From Bdellovibrionales bacterium (GTDB taxonomy: Bacteria; Bdellovibrionota; Bdellovibrionia; Bdellovibrionales; JAGQZY01): 64,000 nt of DNA. This document shows positions 30,032 to 40,247 of the stretch, piece after piece (the stretch's first letter is position 1; each line of letters begins with the position of its first letter). The position numbers and the translations under genes are program-made. Location: the NCBI GenBank assembly GCA_964230645.1, contig CAXRHT010000003.1:256001-320000 (forward strand), written 5' to 3'. The notes under the pieces are model-generated. The model had not been told where the DNA came from and searched no databases. It saw only the letters and a program-made list of their open reading frames with translations.

Positions 30032-31309
30032 GTGCTTGTGCAAAATATTTATAAAGTTTGGAATCAATACAGTAAAAGCCAATCCCCTTTTTTTAAAGGC
30101 GAGGCCGCTCACCGTTGGCAGAAATGGGCTGAAAAGCAGGCGGCAAGCTGGGGTGATAAGAACTATCCGACCGGAGAAGATTGGAAATATATAAAATTCG
30201 ACACTCTTCCTAATATGAATTTGGGCACTCCAGAAAATAAAGCAAAGAACAAAGTGACCCACTCGGAAGAATCTCTAAAAATTGAAATAAGAAACTTCAC
30301 AGAAGTTGCTGAGCCCTTAAGTTTCAAAGATATTCCTGGCCTTATACTCGAATCGGGGCTAGAGGCACTGGAAGACGAATCTTTTAGCCTTCTTCAAGAC
30401 AACTTTCCCTCAAACCCGTTTCATACCGTGGCCCAAAGTTTTATGGGATTGGGCTGCTCGTTAAAATTTACCAAAGATTATAAGAGTGAAAAACCCATTC
30501 ACATTGTGATCCAACTGGATCAGCTTCAACAAAAAGATCTCTTTATTCCTTATAATCTTCGCATTCAATCGGAGACGGATACGAATCCACACGTTCATGT
30601 TGAAATACTTGGGGCTGAATTTACCGGAGTATCGAATCTTAACTGTGAAGCCAATGTCAGGGAAAACTCGAATCTATTTATGGCTTTGATAGAGAGGGGT
30701 GGGAGTGAGAGTCGCTTTTTCTCAAACCTCACTGGAAAAGTGGCTAAGAATGCCTCTTTAAATGTCTTTGATTTCACGACCCCTTCTTATTGGAGCCGCC
30801 ACAATTCAGCGGTTGATTTGGATGCTGAGGGCGCCTTTGTTAATTTAAGTGGCATCTACTTAAACCATAAAGAGTATTTTACCGATCACCACACTCTTAT
30901 TCGTCACAAAAAGCCCTACACAAATTCTAAAGAAGACTACCGTGGTATTCTCAACGATAAAGCCCGAGCCGTTTTCAACGGACAGATTAAAATCGATCCG
31001 TTTGCGATAAAAAGTGATTCCGATCAAATCAATAAAAACCTAATGCTATCATCGAAAGCTGAGGTCGACACAAAACCTGAGTTGCAAATCTATAACGATG
31101 ATGTAAAAGCCGCTCATGGGGCAACGATCGGGCAGCTCGATGACGATCAAAAGTTCTATTTACAGAGCCGAGGTTATAGCGAGGTGGAAGCCAACCGTAT
31201 TTTAGCGCGCGCTTTTGTCTACGATCTTCTTGAAGACCAGAGTGATTGGGTTCAAAAATTTATCAGTCAAGATCTCGATGAGTATCTAAAAAGGGTTCAA
31301 GGGGAGTAA
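30032..31309 (+). CDS. sufD: SufD
   Basis: EDWKY, AVFNGQI, TKPELQIYNDDVKAAHGATIGQLD..FYLQSRG. Confidence 0.95.
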   Translation: MLVQNIYKVWNQYSKSQSPFFKGEAAHRWQKWAEKQAASWGDKNYPTGEDWKYIKFDTLPNMNLGTPENKAKNKVTHSEESLKIEIRNFTEVAEPLSFKDIPGLILESGLEALEDESFSLLQDNFPSNPFHTVAQSFMGLGCSLKFTKDYKSEKPIHIVIQLDQLQQKDLFIPYNLRIQSETDTNPHVHVEILGAEFTGVSNLNCEANVRENSNLFMALIERGGSESRFFSNLTGKVAKNASLNVFDFTTPSYWSRHNSAVDLDAEGAFVNLSGIYLNHKEYFTDHHTLIRHKKPYTNSKEDYRGILNDKARAVFNGQIKIDPFAIKSDSDQINKNLMLSSKAEVDTKPELQIYNDDVKAAHGATIGQLDDDQKFYLQSRGYSEVEANRILARAFVYDLLEDQSDWVQKFISQDLDEYLKRVQGE

Positions 31310-31311
31310 CC

Positions 31312-32529
31312 GTGGCCTTTGATGTTACAAACCTCAGAAAAAAATTTCCCCAGCTCGAAAAAACTTTTGGGCCAAGGCCCCTTGTCTATTTAGACAATGC
31401 CGCTTCTTCACTCAAGCATAGTGACGTGACCGATAGACTCAACACCTACAACCGGTTTGAAACCTCGAATGTGCACCGCGGGGCCCATTTAACCAGCCGC
31501 CAAGGAACGGAAAGTTACGAGGGAGCGCGCCAAAAAATTCAGAGTTTTATAAATGCGGAGAAATCAGAAGAGATCGTTTTCACCAGAGGCACCACTGAGG
31601 GTATTAACCTTGTGGCCTCTTGTTTAGAGGATACATTGCAAGAGGGTGATGAAATTCTGCTAACCCCGTTTGAACATCACTCCAACATTGTCCCCTGGCA
31701 ACAACTGGCTCAGAAAACCAAAGCTGTCATCAAGGTGGCTGAGTTTGATCGAAAACAGGGGATGACTCTTGATGCTTTTGAAAAAGCACTCACAGATAAA
31801 ACCAAAATAGCAGCCTTCACATACTACTCCAATAGTTTTGGAAATCGTTTGCCTGTGGAAAAGATGGTGGAAAAGGCTCGTTCCAAAGGGGCGATGACTC
31901 TAGTGGATGCAGCCCAAGCGGTTATTACTGAACGTATGAATGTGAAGAGTTTAAACTGTGACTTTCTTGTGTTCTCTGGCCATAAAATGTACGCCCCCTA
32001 CGGAATTGGCGCTCTTTACATGAAAGAGTCCCTTATGGAATCCTTACCACCCTACCAAACCGGTGGGAGTATGATCGACCGAGTGCAATTCACCGAAACC
32101 AGTTTTGCCAAGCCGCCACAGAAGTTTGAAGCTGGCACTCCGAATATCGCTGGGGCGATCGCTCTTGGAACTGCGGCTGATCTTTTAATGAAAACAGACT
32201 TCAAAGAACAACATCAGTACGTATCTGGTCTCCGTAAGGCCCTTCTAGAGAGACTCTCTCTTGAAAATCATATCAAAGTGTACAACTTTCCCTCTGATGA
32301 TTATACAGGTGTGGTCTCCTTTAATGTTCAAGGAGCTCACTGTAGCGATGTGGGAACATTGCTTGATAAATACGGGGTCGCTGTGCGCGCGGGCCATCAT
32401 TGCACTCAACCTCTTATGGACCTCATTGGAATTCCAGGAACCGTAAGAGCCTCCATCGCTCCCTACAATACCGAAGAGGAATTGTCCTTTTTGTTAGGTA
32501 CGATGGAAAAGATAAAGGAGTTTTTCTAA
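31312..32529 (+). CDS. sufS: Cysteine desulfurase SufS
   Basis: YLDNAAS, NVHRG, EHHSNIVPWQ, FSGHK, RAGHHCTQP. Confidence 0.96.
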   Translation: MAFDVTNLRKKFPQLEKTFGPRPLVYLDNAASSLKHSDVTDRLNTYNRFETSNVHRGAHLTSRQGTESYEGARQKIQSFINAEKSEEIVFTRGTTEGINLVASCLEDTLQEGDEILLTPFEHHSNIVPWQQLAQKTKAVIKVAEFDRKQGMTLDAFEKALTDKTKIAAFTYYSNSFGNRLPVEKMVEKARSKGAMTLVDAAQAVITERMNVKSLNCDFLVFSGHKMYAPYGIGALYMKESLMESLPPYQTGGSMIDRVQFTETSFAKPPQKFEAGTPNIAGAIALGTAADLLMKTDFKEQHQYVSGLRKALLERLSLENHIKVYNFPSDDYTGVVSFNVQGAHCSDVGTLLDKYGVAVRAGHHCTQPLMDLIGIPGTVRASIAPYNTEEELSFLLGTMEKIKEFF

Positions 32530-33095
32530 TGTTAAACTACGACGTCCTTGTAAGGACTCAATCCACTCCCAATCCCCTGGCTATAAAGTTTATTGTAAAT
32601 TGCCCGATCAAAACGGAGGGAAAAGCGACTTTTGAAAAAAAAGAAGATGGAGATCAGCTTCTACTATCGAAAGAGCTTTTCAACGTCGGGGGTGTTGAGC
32701 AACTTCATATGTTTGAAAATGTTATTACGGTGACTCATACTAGTGATGCTGATCGCAATAAACTCATAGAAGATGTTACCTCTGTCTTGCAAACCAGACT
32801 TCCGGTTCACGATCCCAATTTCACTCTCGAAAATGAAGAAAAAATGAAAAAGAAGAGAGAGAGCCGAAGCCCTGAGATTGATCAGATCGAAGAGATTTTA
32901 GATCGAACCATCCGACCTGGGTTACAGGCCGATGGCGGTGACATTGAAATCGTAGAATACAAAGACAAAGTGGTCACTGTATCCTATGAGGGAGCCTGTG
33001 GCTCTTGCCCGAGTGCTATGTATGGAACACTGGATGCTATCTATTCCATTCTTCGAGCAGAATTTGACCCCGACTTGGATATAATGATTGCTTAG
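32529..33095 (+). CDS. NifU/Nfu-type Fe-S carrier (Nfu N-terminal + CxxC domain)
   Basis: STPNPLAIKF, IRPGLQADGGDI, GACGSCPS; ATG 32529 overlaps the sufS stop. Confidence 0.92.
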   Translation: MLNYDVLVRTQSTPNPLAIKFIVNCPIKTEGKATFEKKEDGDQLLLSKELFNVGGVEQLHMFENVITVTHTSDADRNKLIEDVTSVLQTRLPVHDPNFTLENEEKMKKKRESRSPEIDQIEEILDRTIRPGLQADGGDIEIVEYKDKVVTVSYEGACGSCPSAMYGTLDAIYSILRAEFDPDLDIMIA

Positions 33096-34015
33096 TGCTC
33101 TAACTCTTTATCTCGGTTGGAGCGTCCCTCTTTTACATTTAAATCCATGGTACTTAGCTTTTCGCCTCCCCGAATTCCGAAGTCCAAAGTTCTAATCGGA
33201 AAAGGTATCATGATGTCGTTTTCATCAAAAAGAGCTTTGACTCGCTTAATTGTCGCACTCTTTGTTTCCAGAAAGTTTCTGTGATTGGGATATTCGACCC
33301 AAACCCTTACCTCCAGGTCTATAGAGCTTCCACCGAAGGCTTGAAAAAAGACGTCAATGGGTTTGTCTTTAATTCTGTGAGGTAGGTCCTCAAGACCTTC
33401 ACTCAGAATTTTTTCCACTTTATCAAGGTCATCACCATAGGAAACTCCGACGGCAAGATCAATTCTACGCTCTGGAATGTTGGTATAATTCACGATGGGA
33501 TCGGTAAAAAGCATTTTATTAGGGACAAGGGCTTCTAAGCCTTGAAAGGTTGTGATGGTCGTTGTTCTTAAATCAATTGATGTCACATTGCCCATATAGT
33601 CACCGGCCTCAACGATATCGCCAACTTTGTAGGGCTTTTTAAAAGCAATAAAGACACCGGAAACAAAGTTCGCGGCGATATCCTGGAATGCAAAACCAAG
33701 AGCAAGGCCTATGACCCCGGCACCCGCGAGAAGTGATGTGACGGTTTTATCAAGATTTAAAATTCCAAGAGCAATGAAAACTCCAATGAGTATAACCGCT
33801 ATATGTACAATGGATACGATGAGGTTTCGTGCCGCCACGGATTGAATCACTCGGCCCGTGAGGTTTTTAACAACTTTTCGCACAAATTTGGCAATAAGAA
33901 AGAAAACAAATATGACGACAACGGCTACGACAAAATTGGGTAGACTTTTAACACCCAATTCGAACCAAGTTTGTAGACGATCGGTAATCAGGGATAGTAC
34001 TTTATCCAAATCCAA
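33092..34015 (-). CDS. mscS: Small-conductance mechanosensitive channel
   Basis: LAGAGVIGLALGFAFQDIAANFVSG, PYKVGD, GVSYGDD, IPFPIR. Confidence 0.93.
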   Translation of the reverse strand: MDLDKVLSLITDRLQTWFELGVKSLPNFVVAVVVIFVFFLIAKFVRKVVKNLTGRVIQSVAARNLIVSIVHIAVILIGVFIALGILNLDKTVTSLLAGAGVIGLALGFAFQDIAANFVSGVFIAFKKPYKVGDIVEAGDYMGNVTSIDLRTTTITTFQGLEALVPNKMLFTDPIVNYTNIPERRIDLAVGVSYGDDLDKVEKILSEGLEDLPHRIKDKPIDVFFQAFGGSSIDLEVRVWVEYPNHRNFLETKSATIKRVKALFDENDIMIPFPIRTLDFGIRGGEKLSTMDLNVKEGRSNRDKELEH

Positions 34016-34169
34016 GGCAAACTCCTATTAGTTTAATTAAATTGATTGATATCTTGAGTTTGTCATAGGTCGCCGTTTTTTTTCTGTATGGCATTTGTTG
34101 AAAATGATTAGATTCCACCACAATTTACTTGGCAAGAGCGTATTTCACTGCCCTGGGCCTTCTTGAGCC

Positions 34170-34490
34170 CACTGTCACCCTGAGCACACTGTCATCCCGA
34201 GCACACTGTCACCCTGAGCACACTGTCATCCCGAGTACACTGTCATCCCGAGTACACTGTCATCCCGAGTACACTGTCATCCTGAGCCCACTGTCATCCT
34301 GAGTACACCGTCATCCTGAGCGGAGCGAAGGATCTTAGGTCTTTCGCTGCGCTCAAGACGACAATCTTTCCCTCAAGACGACAAGCTTTCCCTAAAGACG
34401 ACAAGCTTTCCCTCAAGACGACAATCTTTCCCTCAAGACGACATGTTTCTGCTCAAGAAGGAATTTTTTCCCTCAAGACAACATTCTCAT
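34170..34490 (-). repeat. REP-like palindromic element, copy 2 (core 34310-34362) with 9 x 17-nt and about 7 x 20-nt tandem arrays
   Basis: CACTGTCA(C/T)C(C/T)GAG(C/T)A units from 34170; CCTCAAGACGACAA(T/G)CTTTC units from 34351. Confidence 0.92.
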
Positions 34491-34523
34491 GCCAGTAGCC
34501 GAAAATGCACTGGGCAGAAAAGT

Positions 34524-34548
34524 AAAAAAGCACCTATTTCTAGGTGCT
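34524..34548 (-). terminator. Intrinsic terminator after the vWA lipoprotein gene
   Basis: Minus strand AGCACCTA-GAAA-TAGGTGCT-TTTTT. Confidence 0.8.
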
Positions 34549-34604
34549 CTCGTGTCTTTAAATTTTCTGTTTATCAGCGTTCACTCAATCAGCGAACCAA
34601 TGAT

Positions 34605-36659
34605 TTAATTAATTCGACATTGATAATCAACTTTGTAGTCTCCAGGAGGTAACAAATCGTCGAAAATTAATTTCCGATTCTGAACCTGATAAGAGGCGCT
34701 GTAGCTTTGGTACTGGGACCCGGCATTGGCTCGGTAGCTTATAGAAACATCGGGAGTACCGTCACTATTACTATCAAAAGGATTACAGTCTAAGGTGATA
34801 GAGTTTTGTAGGTCTTTAACACTTTGACCGATATCAGCGAGCTGAGAGGTGTAGTCCAATTCACAAACAGACCCTATAATCGCTCCGCCTAACTCTCCAT
34901 AGCCAGTTAGTCGAGAAAGCTCATCATAAGTATGACCGACGTTATATCCCTCACCATTGGCACAAGCTTGGTCGCCGGGTCGGGAGATAATACTGTGAAA
35001 AACCATGTTCTTCTGACCGTTATAGGTGTTATTGACAAAGTTTACAAATTGTTGAGGTGAGGTATCTACACCCGAACCGTTAGAGGCTTCATCCTCATCT
35101 GAAAGCACAACGATCGAAAGATCGGCCCCATCTCGAATGAAGTCCCTATGGGGAGCTTCACCAGCAACAGCTCTTTCTATGACTTTCTTTGAAGCAAGAA
35201 TTCCTTCTTCTGTTCCGGAACCATTCCCAAAGTTCTGAATGGTTTGCCCAAAGGAGTATTGCGCTTGTGCTGCGTTCATTGAAGGATTGAGGACATAGGT
35301 TCCGCTCATCCCTTCGAACTCCAATAAGCGACCATTTGATTTAAAATCATTATTGGTCATATCAGTACTAGTTACAGCGATTTGCCAGTTGAGATCTTTG
35401 ATCTTGTCAATCATACCATCAATTCGCTCAGCGAGATTTTCACGTTCGTAATCCATTGAGCCCGAGTTATCGATCACAAAAAGAATGTCCACAGGCCGAT
35501 CTTCACCGACCGATTGATTGGTCGTTCTGTTTTCAGCGATGTTTACGCTTTCCCATTGAATGGAGCGTTGACTAGAGTTCCCAATCGCATCAGTCGCTGT
35601 AATCACAAAATTATAGTTCATTGGGCTTGAGGACGGAATGGAGAGATCTTGATCAGCCGCACAGCTTACAGCCATTCCATTTAATTGACACATAACTGTA
35701 ATCCCATTGGGACTGTAGGTATCAGTCACGGAGTAATTAACCACAGCGACACTACCCGTGTATATTTGATTAGCCGGGCGTTTATTCACTTGAATGACAG
35801 GCGCTGACTGGTCAACTACCCAATTATGTGAAACCTCACTCGATTGATTTCCGACTGAATCCACAGTTCTGACAACCAAGTTATGGTTTCCTTCAGAGAG
35901 GTCGTCAAGAGCTTGGCTTTCCTGACATTGAGAAAAACCACCGCCATCAACACTGCACTCATAGTGAGAAACTCCACTTCCATCATCATTGGAGCTAAAT
36001 TGAAATTGCGCTTGGCTCTCAGAATTCATTGGCTCTGGAGCTTGGGTGATAATCACCTGAGGAGGTGTCGTATCCACATAAAAAGTGTAGGAAACTTCAC
36101 CGGATTCGTTGTCATCATAGTCAATAGCACGGGCTTTTATCGTATGAAGCCCCTCGGAGAGGTTGGTGAGATCAACTTGTTCAGAACAGTCGGAATAACC
36201 ACTGCCATCAATATCACAAGAGATTGATTGTAGACCAATACCGTTGTCGTTATCAGCCGCCCACAATTCGATCGTTCCCGATGTATTCGGGATATAGTTA
36301 GCGGGATGATGGGTGATGGCAATAATAGGTTTTACATTGTCAGAGTTTGGTTCAATTTTTGGGTTGCGGTCAAAGTTGACAGTTGTGGTCCCAGGCTCTG
36401 GATAGGTAACTCCTTGGACTCCTTCGGATTGCTCAACAATATCACCGGGTTGTGGCCCTGGATCGGGTTGAGGATCACCTGGGTCACTAGGATCATTAGG
36501 ATCGCTGGGATCATTGGGGTTATTAGGATCTTGGGTGTCACCCACATCGCTCGCTGTATTGTCTGTAGCACTTGTGTTGGCCTCGCCACCACCGCCGCCT
36601 AAACAACCGACGAGCAAACTACAGCTAAGAACAACAAATATTAGTTTTAAAAAACTCAT
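34605..36659 (-). CDS. Lipoprotein with Asp-Pro linker, Ig-like repeats and C-terminal vWA domain
   Basis: LVGC lipobox; DPNDPSDP linker; DTTPP/DQSAP Ig-like repeats; DILFVIDNSGSM (DxSxS MIDAS), VLSDEDE. Confidence 0.85.
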   Translation of the reverse strand: MSFLKLIFVVLSCSLLVGCLGGGGGEANTSATDNTASDVGDTQDPNNPNDPSDPNDPSDPGDPQPDPGPQPGDIVEQSEGVQGVTYPEPGTTTVNFDRNPKIEPNSDNVKPIIAITHHPANYIPNTSGTIELWAADNDNGIGLQSISCDIDGSGYSDCSEQVDLTNLSEGLHTIKARAIDYDDNESGEVSYTFYVDTTPPQVIITQAPEPMNSESQAQFQFSSNDDGSGVSHYECSVDGGGFSQCQESQALDDLSEGNHNLVVRTVDSVGNQSSEVSHNWVVDQSAPVIQVNKRPANQIYTGSVAVVNYSVTDTYSPNGITVMCQLNGMAVSCAADQDLSIPSSSPMNYNFVITATDAIGNSSQRSIQWESVNIAENRTTNQSVGEDRPVDILFVIDNSGSMDYERENLAERIDGMIDKIKDLNWQIAVTSTDMTNNDFKSNGRLLEFEGMSGTYVLNPSMNAAQAQYSFGQTIQNFGNGSGTEEGILASKKVIERAVAGEAPHRDFIRDGADLSIVVLSDEDEASNGSGVDTSPQQFVNFVNNTYNGQKNMVFHSIISRPGDQACANGEGYNVGHTYDELSRLTGYGELGGAIIGSVCELDYTSQLADIGQSVKDLQNSITLDCNPFDSNSDGTPDVSISYRANAGSQYQSYSASYQVQNRKLIFDDLLPPGDYKVDYQCRIN

Positions 36660-36897
36660 GACTGACCTCCGTCCGCAGTAACAAAATCGGAGTTTGGGCG
36701 AAGGTCCTGTAGAAAGCCGTGCTTAAAAATGAGAATTTCATTTTTTTTTAAAATAAAAAAAAGCTCTGAAAGTAAAAATTTACTAAAAGGAAATTAAATT
36801 CAACTGTTTAAAAGAGGTGTAAAAAAATCGACACTTTCTGAAAACATTGATTTGTAAAAAACTTAATCGAAAAGCTTAAACTGCGCTAAAAGAAGGA

Positions 36898-37401
36898 TTA
36901 CTCGTAGTACTTCGGTGTTTTCTTAGATTTCTGACTTTTTTGCCGATTTCCACTGGCTTCAATATCGTTGTTCTCTGGCTGATAGAGGAAGCTTTGGCTC
37001 ACCCCAATTTTTTCCCCATTTTCCATCTTGTAAACAAAAAGGAAGATTTGATCTCCAGGCTTTATGGAGGTTTTGTCTACCAGAATTTTCGATACCGTCT
37101 CACCAGGCTCCGAAAAATCGACTTCATGAGTTTTAGTTCCTCGAATTAATTGAGTCCCTTCAGGTAGCTTCCACTTTACTTGAGCGCGTTCAGCGGAACG
37201 GAGACGCTCAATTTGTGCCGTAAATTCTAGGCTCTCTTCTTCGTCATAGGTTAACGCAATGTTCGCTTTAAAGTGACCAGTGGATTTGCCTTGGTGATGA
37301 CTGTGGCTCGGCATTGTAAAATTGATGTCTTTACTTTGTGTGTGTCCGTCCGTACAGGCGCTCAGGAAACTAATTAAAATGAGAGAGACAATTATTTTCA
37401 T
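36898..37401 (-). CDS. Hypothetical lipoprotein
   Basis: MKIIV..LSAC lipobox; 8 bp downstream of the metalloprotease gene. Confidence 0.75.
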   Translation of the reverse strand: MKIIVSLILISFLSACTDGHTQSKDINFTMPSHSHHQGKSTGHFKANIALTYDEEESLEFTAQIERLRSAERAQVKWKLPEGTQLIRGTKTHEVDFSEPGETVSKILVDKTSIKPGDQIFLFVYKMENGEKIGVSQSFLYQPENNDIEASGNRQKSQKSKKTPKYYE

Positions 37402-37409
37402 AGTGAATC

Positions 37410-39152
37410 CTAGTCTGGGCAAACGGTATTACCGTTCACTCTTAAGTTGTAATTTGCAGTGGACTTTATGCCATCTTGTGTATTGTAGTTTATGTTGAGC
37501 ATATAAGTAGAAGCAGCCAGAGCAGGAACGGAAATCAATTCAGTATCGGAACTGGCTCCGTTCGGAATTTTATCCACACTCATCGCCACGACATATTGTT
37601 GGACTCCAAAAACGTAATCGTTACGATAGAGGTATATGTCTAGGTCGGCAGGGCTTCCACTGGAAGTGCTATAGTTTAGTTGAATACTAAGTGGACCGCC
37701 TCCATGATCGATGCGGTAGAAGTCATTAGACTTAAACATGTTTGAGTTAATAAAGGTTCCGTCCTCCGGTTGGCGCCCTGGATTATTACTAGGACTTGCG
37801 CCGGGAACATTTTCCGCTCTGATTGCAATATTACCACAAGGGGCACTGGCTGTTGAAAGGGTGTTCCCATAGTTGATGATGTCAGCGATTTGGTTCTCTG
37901 CTGTTTGAACAGGGGACCAATCATTGGCAGAGCCTCTCCCTTCCTGGAGAAGGTAGAACAAGCCAACGGCTCTAAATCTTTGAGTGGGATCGGCAAAACT
38001 ATTTGAACTTGCGGTGAAGACAGACCAAAACTCTTCGAAACTTACTTGTACTCCATCAGTGTCTCCGGAGGAATCATCATCAAGAAGATCAATCAGAGCG
38101 CGAGTGATTGAAAACTCTCTGAAGTTTCCTTCTCCCATTTCAGTGGGGGTGTCTGTATTTCCATCATCGAGGTCTTCGTTGACATAAATTCCGTTGTCTC
38201 CCTCCGGTGTTCCGTAGGTATCTAAATAAAAAGGAGACCCTGTGACTTGTGCTTGGAAAAAGTTCGCCCAAGCTTCTCCCCAGGCTAATCTTGGATCTAA
38301 AATATTATCGCCATTGTGTTGGCCACCAGGAGAATTGGTGATGGAGTAGTTATGCTCAATAAAGTGTCCATACTCGTGAATGATAATCGTGTTATCAAAG
38401 TGATCGGTATCTGAGGAGTCGACGTCACCAAAACGGCCTCCAAGAATATAAAGTTCGTTTCTTTCTGGAAGGAAAAAACTTAAAGGAGGGAGATTAAAAT
38501 ACTGACCAGGATCGACACCCTTAGCCCAATAAATTCGCACCAGGGGTGCTACGGTAAAGGGCGTGCAAGGAAAGGTTGAACCACAGGAATTTGTTGCCGT
38601 CCTAAGAAAGTCGTTGGAATCAAGGACCTTATCTAAGATATTAAAAGCCCCTCCTTCTAAACTACCTGTAGCTTGAGCCCGAATATTCCCCATGCTTTTA
38701 CTTTCATCAAGGACAACGCTTTTAGAAATACCATGATGGGTATTCTGAGTGGGGTTTTTAAGAACGTAAGCTTTTAATTGATTGTTATTGGCTCTTGATG
38801 TGACCGTGACAGTGGCCGTTGTATCGTTGGCCGGTAAACGAAGGGAGAAATTTCCATTTTGATCGGTTTCACCACATTGAATGATGGCCCCAGCAGAGTT
38901 AGTGACTCGAATTTCAGCATGACGAATAGGATTAGGCCCAGCAACATTGCCATTACCACCGGCGCGATACTCATAAGAGGCGGAGCCGGTGATGGTTACA
39001 CTGTTACTGTAGGTGACGTTATTGTCGCAGTAGGGAACCGGAGGGATACTTGATTGGGTAGAGCCGCCATCACCACCACTAGAACAAGCAATTACAAAAC
39101 CAGCAGTAAAAAAGAGCAAAAAGAACCGTATTGTGGAGACAATTTTCTGCAA
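37410..39152 (-). CDS. Lipoprotein zinc metalloprotease (gluzincin-like) with C-terminal PPC-like domain
   Basis: VIAC lipobox; IIIHEYGHF plus downstream WGEAWANF; DLDIYLY PPC-like motif. Confidence 0.8.
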   Translation of the reverse strand: MQKIVSTIRFFLLFFTAGFVIACSSGGDGGSTQSSIPPVPYCDNNVTYSNSVTITGSASYEYRAGGNGNVAGPNPIRHAEIRVTNSAGAIIQCGETDQNGNFSLRLPANDTTATVTVTSRANNNQLKAYVLKNPTQNTHHGISKSVVLDESKSMGNIRAQATGSLEGGAFNILDKVLDSNDFLRTATNSCGSTFPCTPFTVAPLVRIYWAKGVDPGQYFNLPPLSFFLPERNELYILGGRFGDVDSSDTDHFDNTIIIHEYGHFIEHNYSITNSPGGQHNGDNILDPRLAWGEAWANFFQAQVTGSPFYLDTYGTPEGDNGIYVNEDLDDGNTDTPTEMGEGNFREFSITRALIDLLDDDSSGDTDGVQVSFEEFWSVFTASSNSFADPTQRFRAVGLFYLLQEGRGSANDWSPVQTAENQIADIINYGNTLSTASAPCGNIAIRAENVPGASPSNNPGRQPEDGTFINSNMFKSNDFYRIDHGGGPLSIQLNYSTSSGSPADLDIYLYRNDYVFGVQQYVVAMSVDKIPNGASSDTELISVPALAASTYMLNINYNTQDGIKSTANYNLRVNGNTVCPD

Positions 39153-39248
39153 AGCACACCTCGGGAATAAGTTCTTATCGGGAAGTCGGGCAAGGCTCTT
39201 AAGGATTTTGTTCTTGATTCAAAATGAGAAAACATCGATATTAGGGCT

Positions 39249-39500
39249 ATGGAAGCTGGACTAAACTCAGACATTCAAGTTGGCGAAAGAAATTTTCATA
39301 TTCAGACCGAAGACTGGGGTTGGGATAATCCATTTATCGTCACCAAGATTTTTAGCCAGGGTGCTGTCTTGAAAAGCTTTAAAATACCCTATCAAAATGT
39401 CCTGAAATCCCCATTTCCTTCGGCCGATGCTATCCGTTCGGCCATAGAGGTCCAACATAAGGAAATTCTAGACCGTCTCATTTCTGGTCAACTTGTTTAA
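39249..39500 (+). CDS. Small conserved-looking hypothetical protein upstream of ftsE
   Basis: 83 aa, GLNSDI..FHIQTED..QHKEIL; 21 bp from ftsE. Confidence 0.7.
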   Translation: MEAGLNSDIQVGERNFHIQTEDWGWDNPFIVTKIFSQGAVLKSFKIPYQNVLKSPFPSADAIRSAIEVQHKEILDRLISGQLV

Positions 39501-39521
39501 TGAAGGTTAAAATTATGGGAT

Positions 39522-40247
39522 ATGATCGAGTTATCCCATGTTTACAAAACTTATGTAGCTGAACAACATATCCTAAAGAACCTCAGCCTTAATGTTAATA
39601 AAGGTGATTTTGTTTTTTTGATGGGCCCCAGTGGCGCTGGAAAAACAACCCTTTTTCGCTTGGTTACAGGATTTGAAAAAGTCTCTTCGGGTCAGATTCG
39701 TATTAACGGGTTTGATCTTAATAAGCTCAATCTCAACAAACGAGCGGCCTTTAGAAGAAGTATTGGAGTCGTTTTCCAGGACTTCAAATTACTTGAAGAC
39801 CGCAATGTTTTTGAAAACGTCGCTCTTCCCCTGCAAATTATGGGATACAAAAAATGGGATATTGTTGAAAAAACAGAGAAGATGATTCGCAAGGTCGGTC
39901 TCTCTAAAAAGATCAATGAAAATCCTAGTTATCTCTCCGGAGGAGAGAAACAAAGAGTGGCTATTGCCAGGGCTCTTGTTCATGAACCCTCGTTGGTGAT
40001 TGCTGATGAGCCTACTGGGAACTTGGATTGGAGGTTGAGTGAGGAAATTCTTGGTCTTTTTAAAGAGGCCAATCAGAAAAAGGGTACGACCTTACTCATA
40101 GCAACCCATGATTTTGAAATTGTGAAATCGACCCCCAATAAGAGACTCATACAAATCGAAAAAGGTCAGTTGTTTGAAAAAGGAGAAGACCAACCATGTG
40201 GACGATTTTTTGCTCCATTAAAAGAAGCTGGACTCAACATTTTGTAA
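39522..40247 (+). CDS. ftsE: Cell division ATPase FtsE
   Basis: GPSGAGKTT, IGVVFQDFKLL, LSGGEKQRVAIARA, ADEPTGNLD, ATHD. Confidence 0.93.
   Translation: MIELSHVYKTYVAEQHILKNLSLNVNKGDFVFLMGPSGAGKTTLFRLVTGFEKVSSGQIRINGFDLNKLNLNKRAAFRRSIGVVFQDFKLLEDRNVFENVALPLQIMGYKKWDIVEKTEKMIRKVGLSKKINENPSYLSGGEKQRVAIARALVHEPSLVIADEPTGNLDWRLSEEILGLFKEANQKKGTTLLIATHDFEIVKSTPNKRLIQIEKGQLFEKGEDQPCGRFFAPLKEAGLNIL

Noticed and set aside
34170..34490. Possible CRISPR array
   Set aside because: Units of 17-22 nt are head-to-tail with no unique spacers, derive from the palindrome arms, and no cas genes are present; the same holds for 53521-53767
34443..34652. 69-aa ORF starting in the repeat array
   Set aside because: No RBS; crosses a terminator and overlaps the end of a real gene on the other strand
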